Virus record (IMG/VR): IMGVR_UViG_3300042558_005646
Reading direction: 5' to 3' (one strand)
DNA length: 64,000 nt
Source: a virus
A model generated the notes under the pieces. That model saw only the letters and a program-made list of their open reading frames with translations. It did no database searches and was not told the origin of the DNA. Of the stretch, positions 56,940-64,000 are shown piece by piece. The position numbers and the translations under genes were made by a program. Every line of letters starts with the position of its first letter. Position 1 is the stretch's first letter.

Positions 56940-57271
56940 AATGATAACTGAGTAACTGCTACAACTTGACCACTCTCATCACGAATTGCTGTTGGACCTG
57001 TATCTACACTAAATACATCTTCACGATCAAATGGAATGAACTCCATTGATACTCTGTTGACTATGTAATAAACACCATCTTCAGGATCAGGAAGATTTAC
57101 AATCTTTTCAAAATGAGTTTCAGCAACAGGAACGCTTGCAACTTTACCAATAATTCTTTGTTTAGTTTGAACAAAGCAAGGATTTTCTGCCCTTGGTAAA
57201 GTTCCATATCCTGAAATTGTAATATCGTGTCCAATTAAGTTCACAAATTTTTTAAATTCTGGATACATCAT
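56936..57271 (-). CDS. Small conserved phage protein, possible Crn4-like ring nuclease
   Basis: VNLIGHDI...LPDPEDGVYYIV...RED...IRDESGQVVAV. Confidence 0.4.
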   Translation of the reverse strand: MMYPEFKKFVNLIGHDITISGYGTLPRAENPCFVQTKQRIIGKVASVPVAETHFEKIVNLPDPEDGVYYIVNRVSMEFIPFDREDVFSVDTGPTAIRDESGQVVAVTQLSL

Positions 57272-57645
57272 AAATCTATCCCTGCTACACCTTCATTGCG
57301 CTTTGGCTGACAAACAAAGGCTGACTGATCTCCATTAGCTCTCAAATCATTTATAAGAACTCTAGACCCACCGCCAATGCCCATTACTAATTGATCATAA
57401 ACAATACCAGCATAAGAAAGCTGCTTGACTGTTACATCTCGCAAGCTTTCTTTACGTCCAGTAGTAAGAATGATCTTATAGCCTTTGCTATCCCATTCAC
57501 GAACCTTGTCTACGGTTCCGTGAATAATTTTAGGTTGATATCCAGGTTTGGCAATTTCAGTAGGATCACCTTGTTCCCAAAGTGTTCCATCTAAATCACA
57601 AAAAATAGTGTAATTCTTTGTGGCTTGGTCAATGTTATGTTCCAT
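57268..57645 (-). CDS. Short cap-less HAD-superfamily phosphatase
   Basis: FCDLDGTL, LTTGR, INDL. Confidence 0.8.
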   Translation of the reverse strand: MEHNIDQATKNYTIFCDLDGTLWEQGDPTEIAKPGYQPKIIHGTVDKVREWDSKGYKIILTTGRKESLRDVTVKQLSYAGIVYDQLVMGIGGGSRVLINDLRANGDQSAFVCQPKRNEGVAGIDL

Positions 57646-58166
57646 TACTTACCTGTACTACCCAATCCACCCTTGCGGGATGTCTTGTCAGTTGAAGTAA
57701 ATTCTTCAACTTCTACAAGTTCGTGATCTGCCAACTTTGCTACAACCATTTGAGCAATTCGATCACCATGCTTGATTGAAAATGGAATCTTGTTGTGGTT
57801 AATAAGAATAACCTTAAGTTCAAAATCTTCTCCATCGCCACAATAATCACTGTCAATAGTGCCTGGAGTATTGAGAACTGTGACGCCAAATTTTGCAGCT
57901 AAACCGGAACGAGGGCGAATTTGGATCTCGTACCCATTTGGAATATTTACATTCAAGCCAGTAGGAACAATCAAAGTTGAATGTGGAGCAATAAGAGTTT
58001 GCTCATCATAAGATTCCTTAAGCCAAGCACAAAGATCATACCCAGCAGCACTCTCAGTTGCCTTCTTGGGAATTACTGCGCTCTCACGAAAAGCTTTAAT
58101 TTCAACTGTTGCCTTAGCAACAGTAGGCATATTTACTGTAACTTGTCCACTACCTGATGCAGCCAT
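57645..58166 (-). CDS. dut: Trimeric dUTPase
   Basis: AGYDL, RSGLA, GTIDSDY, RIAQ, RKGGLGSTG; start ATG 58166. Confidence 0.92.
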   Translation of the reverse strand: MAASGSGQVTVNMPTVAKATVEIKAFRESAVIPKKATESAAGYDLCAWLKESYDEQTLIAPHSTLIVPTGLNVNIPNGYEIQIRPRSGLAAKFGVTVLNTPGTIDSDYCGDGEDFELKVILINHNKIPFSIKHGDRIAQMVVAKLADHELVEVEEFTSTDKTSRKGGLGSTGK

Positions 58167-58167
58167 A

Positions 58168-58485
58168 TTAAATTCCTTCCTCATTCTTAATCATATCGGC
58201 AGTAATCTCTTCATCATCTGGATTGAAGATAAGAGATAATGGATGTTCACGATTCTTGAGAGCAATCGAAAAATTGATAAGTTCTCTACCTTCCAAATAA
58301 CGATCCATTTTGGTCAATTCTTTGATATCATCCAACGATAAAACAGCAGCATAAACTCTTTCAGACTTTACATCTTGAAGTTGAAGCCAAATAAATTGAA
58401 CAATTGTAGGCTCATCTTCAGTGCCTTCATCTTCTTTCAATACTGCATCTAAAATTTTTACTTCTCTAACTACTGATTTTGCCAT
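58168..58485 (-). CDS. Hypothetical protein
   Basis: 105-aa acidic ORF heading the dut-dnaX-sigH run; own -10 element. Confidence 0.6.
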   Translation of the reverse strand: MAKSVVREVKILDAVLKEDEGTEDEPTIVQFIWLQLQDVKSERVYAAVLSLDDIKELTKMDRYLEGRELINFSIALKNREHPLSLIFNPDDEEITADMIKNEEGI

Positions 58486-58491
58486 ACAAGG

Positions 58492-58500
58492 ATTTTACCA
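58492..58500 (-). promoter_or_regulatory. Extended -10 (TGGTAAAAT) 6 nt before ATG 58485
   Basis: In divergent intergenic gap; no SD. Confidence 0.6.
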
Positions 58501-58522
58501 CAACATATAGTAAAAGTAAATT

Positions 58523-60475
58523 ATGTGGTATAGAATTGCACAAGAAAGATCTGTATTTAGACCTAGAGAATGGAAAAGTGAAGTTAAAAAAGAAGCTGAT
58601 GGTACATCACTAACTTTTTATAGTCCTGCTAGACGTGTAAAAAATAAAACAAAATATGACCCAAGAGGTTCTTATTTTGGATTTTATCAAGAATATCCAA
58701 ATATAAGAATTTTATTCAAATATCCTAAAGATTATGGGTCTTTGGATGATCCTTATAATAATATGTTAGAGTTTAATATACCGCAATCAGAAATAAACGA
58801 GATATTAAAAAGAGTTCTCAATGTATTATCCAAATATAATAAAGGTTTTTTCCATGGTGAGACTATTGTAAATATTGTCTCTGAAATTCATCCTGATAAA
58901 GCTTCTGGGGTTAAACCTGCAGCATTTGCTGAATTAGGTGGTAATAAAGTTTTCTCTGACAAAGATAGTATTGCAATGGCGTTGGATCACGAAATTGGAC
59001 ATCTTTTAACAGATTTTCAACCACTTGATGAAGAAAAAAAAATGATGACAGAAGGTTCTCCATCAATTTATGGTGAGGAGAGCTACAAGGAAGCTTTTGC
59101 TGAGGCATTTGAACTTCTGATGAAAAAGGGATACAATTTCAGATTTGAAGAAACTTCTCAAAATAACATTAAACAAAATAAACTTTTAGATTATGTTCGA
59201 AAAAAAATAAACCCTTCGGATTTTATAAATTTACAATTTACCGAACCTGTCGAAAGTGGAAAATTTAATTTTAATGAAAATAAAGAAAAAGATTTATCTG
59301 ATTATAATGCAGCTAGACATACTGCTTTAGTTGGCGCTTTTCAAAATGCCATAGATAAATTCAAGGGTGATAAAAATTCTTATGCAAAATCTTTATTATC
59401 AAATAAACAAAAAATTAACGAAATAGTCAAATATGTTAATGGATTGATGATGTTTATCAACAATCCTGCAAATCAAAAAGAAATAGATTTAGCTGTTAAA
59501 ACAATTGGTATATCTTCTGATAAAAAACCTAATCCTAATTCTTTTAATATTAATGGGACAAGATTTAATAAAATACTTGAAAAAGATGCGAGTACAAGTG
59601 TAAGTAAATTTTATTTACCAAAAGCAATCAAAGACTTTATAGACATTAATATTGGAATGGCAAAATATTATGGACCTTCCAAAGTGCTTAACTCATTAAT
59701 TTCTCAACCTAAACCTTATCATCCATTAGATGAATATATGCCAACTGAGTTATCTTACTTAGAAAAAGATCCAAAAAACTTTGGAGAATTTTGGGATCCT
59801 AGATACTCTATTAACAAAATACCAAAAAATAAATTAAATAAAATTCCACAAGTCTCTGTTTTTGATCAACTTGTACCAGTTGATGAGTTGGAATATAAAA
59901 TTGGTCAAAGCATTATCAATGCAAGCTCTTCAAAAAATAACACTTATTTAAACGATAGTTTTGAAATTGAATATCTAGCTAATAATTTAATAAAACAAAT
60001 TTTTCCTCCACTTAATTATAAAAATCCAGAAGACTATCTTTATTACGATTTTCATTTAGATAGCTCTGGAGATTATAGTTTAGACACAAATGCAGTGGAA
60101 CAAAAAATAAACAATGCAATTAACACAAGCGAATTTACAAAAAAAATGAATGACGCTCAAAAGAAAAAAATTGCATATGAATTGCGAACAAGAATAAATA
60201 GAGTTAAAAATTCTCATACAAATATATTAAACAAAACCATAGAAGAAGGAGATATTTTTGGAGATTCAAGCTTATTCCCAGGCGGTAAGTTTAGAAATAT
60301 TGGATCAAGCATAAATGTAGCTAAACAAGCAGTAGACAAATTATTTACTGCAAAAATTCCAAGAAGAAATTTATTATTTATGAGAATTTATAACAATACT
60401 GGAATATCTGAAAAACAAAAACAAGAATTGTTAAATTACTACAAATCCAAACAAGCGCAAGTTTTAAGGAAATAA
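58523..60475 (+). CDS. Protein with MWYRIAQ leader and zincin metallopeptidase motif
   Basis: LDHEIGHLL (HExxH, nt 58988-59002) followed by KEAFAEAF. Confidence 0.65.
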   Translation: MWYRIAQERSVFRPREWKSEVKKEADGTSLTFYSPARRVKNKTKYDPRGSYFGFYQEYPNIRILFKYPKDYGSLDDPYNNMLEFNIPQSEINEILKRVLNVLSKYNKGFFHGETIVNIVSEIHPDKASGVKPAAFAELGGNKVFSDKDSIAMALDHEIGHLLTDFQPLDEEKKMMTEGSPSIYGEESYKEAFAEAFELLMKKGYNFRFEETSQNNIKQNKLLDYVRKKINPSDFINLQFTEPVESGKFNFNENKEKDLSDYNAARHTALVGAFQNAIDKFKGDKNSYAKSLLSNKQKINEIVKYVNGLMMFINNPANQKEIDLAVKTIGISSDKKPNPNSFNINGTRFNKILEKDASTSVSKFYLPKAIKDFIDINIGMAKYYGPSKVLNSLISQPKPYHPLDEYMPTELSYLEKDPKNFGEFWDPRYSINKIPKNKLNKIPQVSVFDQLVPVDELEYKIGQSIINASSSKNNTYLNDSFEIEYLANNLIKQIFPPLNYKNPEDYLYYDFHLDSSGDYSLDTNAVEQKINNAINTSEFTKKMNDAQKKKIAYELRTRINRVKNSHTNILNKTIEEGDIFGDSSLFPGGKFRNIGSSINVAKQAVDKLFTAKIPRRNLLFMRIYNNTGISEKQKQELLNYYKSKQAQVLRK

Positions 60476-60476
60476 T

Positions 60477-60839
60477 ATGTGGTACAAATTTGCCCAAGAA
60501 CAAAATGATATTCTAGAATTAATCAATTTCTTCATAAATAAATATCCAGAAATTGTTTTAAGAATCAATGAATATGAAAACAAAATCAAATTAGATAAAA
60601 TATTTATCCCCAAAGAAATGAGAGGGATTGGCATAGGAACAGAAATAATTACTGCTCTTAAAGAATATAGCCAAAGAGTAAACAAACCAATTGTCCTCAA
60701 CCCTGAACCTGAAAAAGGTAAAAAAGGTGCTCTTCAAAGATTTTATGAGCGAAATGAATTTGTAGATAATGCTGGAAGAAGAAAAGATTATGATTTAACA
60801 GACACATTTTCCAGAACTATGTACTATAAACCAAAATAA
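60477..60839 (+). CDS. GNAT-fold acetyltransferase with MWYKFAQ leader
   Basis: IFIPKEMRGIGIGTEII acetyl-CoA motif A; LQRFYERNEF. Confidence 0.8.
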   Translation: MWYKFAQEQNDILELINFFINKYPEIVLRINEYENKIKLDKIFIPKEMRGIGIGTEIITALKEYSQRVNKPIVLNPEPEKGKKGALQRFYERNEFVDNAGRRKDYDLTDTFSRTMYYKPK

Positions 60840-60869
60840 AAAAAGAGGGGAGAAATCCCCTCTTTTTTT
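60838..60869. terminator. Bidirectional intrinsic terminator
   Basis: AAAAAAGAGGGGA-gaaa-TCCCCTCTTTTTTT between convergent GNAT and nrdA. Confidence 0.85.
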
Positions 60870-63312
60870 ATGCTCCGCAGCTTTCGCAATCTGGATTGTC
60901 TAGAGAACATACCTTTGCTGTAAATTCACTAGGATCAAAATCCTTCATTTGCTCCATTTCTTTAGGTTTTTCTACTTCTTGAATTGATGCACTTGAAAGA
61001 TCAATTCCAAGGCCCTTTAATGCTTGTGCTTTAGGCTTGACACGTAAGTAATACATACCTGTTTTAAGACCTAATTTCCAACCATACATATGAGCAGAAG
61101 ACAATTTACTTGCAGTTGGTTCAGCCATAAACATATTCAATGATTGTGATTGATCAATAAAAAATGAACGATCACGAGCCATTTCAAGAATAGACTTTCC
61201 CTTCATCTCCCAAACTGTCTTGTAAACTTCCTTGATGTCAGTTGGAATTTCAGGAATGTTTTGTACTGATCCATTCTCATTGAATAGCTTCAATCTAACA
61301 TTGTCACTCCAGATACCCAAATTTACAAGATCTTCTACTAAATGCTTATTGATAACAGCATATTCACCACTCAAAGTATTACGCTTATAGAGATTGGTAG
61401 TGAAAGGCTCAAAACATTCATTATTTCCAAGAATTTGAGCTGTTGAAGCTGTAGGCATTGGAGCAACAAGAAGTGAATTTCTCAAACCAAATTGCTTGAT
61501 TTCTTCTTTGAGCGTTGAAAAATCCCACATACCGGAAAGATCATTTTCAGTAAGTCCCCAGAGGTCATATTGTAGTAAACCTTGAGATGCTGGAGATCCT
61601 TCAAAAGACGCATAAGAGCCATATTGCTTAGCCAAGTCCTTAGACGCAGTAAGAGCAGCAAAATAAATTGTTTCAAAGATATCTTTGTTCAATTTTTTTG
61701 CTTCATCTGATTCGAAAGGTAAACCCATCATAACAAAGGTATCAGCCAAACCTTGAACACCTAAACCAATTGGACGATGCTTGTTATTTGAGTTCTTTGT
61801 TTCAGGAGTTGGGTAGAAATTTACATCAATAACTTGATTCAAATTAACTGTTGCTTGGTAAACAACTTCATATAAGAATTTGAAGTCATACTTGCGTAAT
61901 TTCTTATCCTTCTCACGAACTTTACCAGATGGAATCATTACATACTTTGGCAATGCAACAGAAGCAAGATTACATACAGCAATCTCATCTTTATCTGTAT
62001 ATTCCAAAATTTCTGTACAGAGGTTTGAAGATTTGATTGTTCCAAGATTCTTCTGATTGCTCTTGTAATTACACGCATCCTTATAAAGCATATAAGGAGT
62101 GCCGGTCTCAACCTGTGAATCAAGAATTTTTTCCCACAATTCACGAGCCTTAATTGTTTTGAGAGCTTTACCTTCAGACTCATACTTCTCAAAAAGTTCA
62201 GTAAAAGATTTCTTGTCCGGAGAATCATAAGCATCAATCAAGCCTGGAACTTGGTCAGGAGAGAATAAAGACCAATTACCATCAGCCTCAACACGCTTCA
62301 TAAACAAGTCAGGAATCCACATAGCTAAGAACAAGTCTCTAGCACGTAATTCTTCCTTACCTTGGTTCTTACGAAGTTCAAGAAAGTCAAAGATATCACC
62401 GTGCCAAGGCTCAAGATAAACAGCAATTGAACCCTTACGCTTTCCACCACCCTGATCAACATAACGTGCAGTTTCATTGAACACCTTGAGCATTGGGATA
62501 ATTCCATTAGAATATCCATTAGTACCCTTGATATAACTACCCTTAGCACGAATCTTGTGAATGTTGATACCAATTCCACCAGCAGATTGAGAAATCAAAG
62601 CACAATCTGAAAGTGTCTTGTAGATGCCTGGAATACTGTCATCATCAATATCAAGCAAGAAACAAGATGATAATTGAGGACGATTAGTTGAAGCGTTAAA
62701 AAGAGTTGGAGTAGCGTGAGTAAAAAGACCTTGAGAAAGCATATCGTAAGTCTTCTGAACCATCTCTAAATTTTCACGCCAAATACCAACGGCAACACGC
62801 ATATAAAGATGTTGAGGTGTTTCAGCTGCCTCACCATCAATTTTGAGTAGATAAGATTTACGTAAAGTCATAAATCCAAAATAATCAAAATTGAAGTCTC
62901 TATCATGAACGATCATTCCATCAAGTTCTCGTGAATGCTTAACAATGACATCATAAACTTCATCAGATATCATTCCAGCCTTTTCACCAGTCTTAGGATT
63001 AATGTATTCGTAAAGCTTCTTTGCAATTACAGAAAAATCTTTTTCAACATTTTTGTATAGAGCAGTGATGGCAATACGAGCAGCCAATTTACCAAAGTCA
63101 GGATGAACAGTGACCATAGATGCAGCAGTCTCAGAACTAAGCTGATCAAGCTCAGTGCTAGAAACACCATCATAAAGTCCAGATACAACTTTTGTGCTTA
63201 CAATGTCTGGATCAACACGTTCATTTAAGCCATATGTAAGCTTCTTGATACGTGAGGAAATCTTTTCTAATTTTAGTGGTTCTCTTCCACCATTACGCTT
63301 GATAATATCCAT
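60868..63312 (-). CDS. nrdA: Ribonucleotide reductase class Ia alpha subunit with ATP cone
   Basis: IIKRNG ATP cone, ATPTLFN, SSCFL, SNLCTE, VCNL, APMPTAST, DQSQS, KTGMYY, C-terminal CxxC. Confidence 0.95.
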   Translation of the reverse strand: MDIIKRNGGREPLKLEKISSRIKKLTYGLNERVDPDIVSTKVVSGLYDGVSSTELDQLSSETAASMVTVHPDFGKLAARIAITALYKNVEKDFSVIAKKLYEYINPKTGEKAGMISDEVYDVIVKHSRELDGMIVHDRDFNFDYFGFMTLRKSYLLKIDGEAAETPQHLYMRVAVGIWRENLEMVQKTYDMLSQGLFTHATPTLFNASTNRPQLSSCFLLDIDDDSIPGIYKTLSDCALISQSAGGIGINIHKIRAKGSYIKGTNGYSNGIIPMLKVFNETARYVDQGGGKRKGSIAVYLEPWHGDIFDFLELRKNQGKEELRARDLFLAMWIPDLFMKRVEADGNWSLFSPDQVPGLIDAYDSPDKKSFTELFEKYESEGKALKTIKARELWEKILDSQVETGTPYMLYKDACNYKSNQKNLGTIKSSNLCTEILEYTDKDEIAVCNLASVALPKYVMIPSGKVREKDKKLRKYDFKFLYEVVYQATVNLNQVIDVNFYPTPETKNSNNKHRPIGLGVQGLADTFVMMGLPFESDEAKKLNKDIFETIYFAALTASKDLAKQYGSYASFEGSPASQGLLQYDLWGLTENDLSGMWDFSTLKEEIKQFGLRNSLLVAPMPTASTAQILGNNECFEPFTTNLYKRNTLSGEYAVINKHLVEDLVNLGIWSDNVRLKLFNENGSVQNIPEIPTDIKEVYKTVWEMKGKSILEMARDRSFFIDQSQSLNMFMAEPTASKLSSAHMYGWKLGLKTGMYYLRVKPKAQALKGLGIDLSSASIQEVEKPKEMEQMKDFDPSEFTAKVCSLDNPDCESCGA

Positions 63313-63314
63313 GA

Positions 63315-64000
63315 CTAAAAGTCCTCATCAAATGAAATTTGCTCTTGAACTTCACCAACCCCACTCTTTACATAGTCAGCAACACGCTTCTCAAAGAAGT
63401 TGGTCTTGTTCTGCAAAGCAATATTAGCCATAAAGTCAAAAGGATTATCTGTATTATAGACTTTTCCTACGCCCAAATCCATCAACAGACGATCAGAAAC
63501 ATACTCTAAATACTGTTTCATCAATTCAGAATTCATACCAATCAAAGATACTGGCAATGCTTCAGTAATAAATTCTTTCTCAATCACAAGAGCAGAATCA
63601 ATAATCTCAAGGATACGTTCACGGGAAAGCTTATTCTCGATATGGTTCTTGTATAGATGAACTGCGAAATCTGTATGCAATCCTTCATCACGAGAAATCA
63701 ATTCGTTCGAGAATGAAAGACCAGGCATCAAACCACGCTTCTTGAGCCAGAAAATTGAACAGAAAGATCCAGAAAAGAAAATTCCCTCAACAGCAGCAAA
63801 AGCGATAAGACGCTCTACAAAAGATTCAGATCCAATCCACTTGAGAGCCCATTCTGCTTTCTTTTGCACGGCAGGAACAGTATCAATTGCGTTGAAAAGA
63901 TGATTTTGCTCTTCTTTATCTTTGATGTATGTGTCAATAAGAAGGGAGTATGTCTCGGAGTGGATATTCTCCATCATAATTTGGAAACCATAGAAAAATT
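63315..64000 (-). CDS. nrdB: Ribonucleotide reductase class Ia beta subunit (5'-truncated by window edge)
   Basis: Frame open to edge: [39 protein letters not shown]. Confidence 0.95.
   Translation of the reverse strand, partial: FFYGFQIMMENIHSETYSLLIDTYIKDKEEQNHLFNAIDTVPAVQKKAEWALKWIGSESFVERLIAFAAVEGIFFSGSFCSIFWLKKRGLMPGLSFSNELISRDEGLHTDFAVHLYKNHIENKLSRERILEIIDSALVIEKEFITEALPVSLIGMNSELMKQYLEYVSDRLLMDLGVGKVYNTDNPFDFMANIALQNKTNFFEKRVADYVKSGVGEVQEQISFDEDF

Noticed and set aside
47653-60485. ATGTGGTA starts as a DNA-level extended -10 element rather than a peptide leader
   Set aside because: The Tyr codon varies (TAT/TAC) and following bases break the hexamer in most copies, while the peptide pattern continues to A/AQ
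43905-63312. Inteins or introns in terL and nrdA
   Set aside because: NrdA is normal length and continuous; the TerL insert lacks Cys/Ser-start, His-Asn-end and LAGLIDADG motifs
1-64000. Alternative genetic code (TGA or TAG recoding)
   Set aside because: TGA ends genes in ATGA/TTGA overlaps (5392, 9586, 23718, 53024, 54676, 56936, 57268) and TAG ends others (931, 8951, 63315); long conserved genes are intact in code 11. The 41901 case is isolated
1-64000. CRISPR arrays, tRNA/rRNA genes, IS elements or integrases
   Set aside because: No regularly spaced direct repeats, cloverleaf-compatible intergenic sequence or transposase/integrase motifs were seen; intergenic gaps are at most 176 nt

Overview
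This 64-kb AT-rich window is from a jumbo tailed phage (Caudoviricetes) using standard genetic code 11. Left to right it holds: (i) the end of a tail region with two tandem tube-like/chaperone-like gene pairs (1-4.6 kb); (ii) a ~21.5-kb cluster of 25 genes for unusual nucleotide-sugar synthesis and glycosyl transfer (4.6-26.2 kb); (iii) a minus-strand head and packaging module: short HK97-fold major capsid protein, cement protein, acidic scaffold, 1378-aa prohead protease/scaffold, portal fused to a Vsr/DUF559 nuclease, several internal-head-like proteins, TerL and a probable TerS (26.2-47.5 kb); (iv) a transcription/replication/nucleotide region: two sigma-70-family factors (one clearly SigH-like), HolA, DnaN, DnaX, PurA, dUTPase and NrdAB, interspersed with two zincin proteases and a GNAT. 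The head module resembles the phage G-type architecture from memory (not verified by search). The most interesting signal is a recurring short peptide motif, aromatic-x-[KR]-x-A(Q). It ends N-terminal leaders (MWYK/R..AQ and LDxxG...[AS]DK...KxA) on otherwise unrelated enzymes and punctuates the scaffold, protease and portal, suggesting a capsid-loading and proteolytic-release system for injected effectors. I also see two promoter classes: A[AC]AGG-N17-[TA]A[GA]AA before virion genes, and -10 hexamers 5-7 nt before SD-less ATGs. Other points are an in-frame TGA splitting a DUF192 fusion and a possible Crn4-like ring nuclease. All family calls come from motif recognition by eye; no database searches were run.
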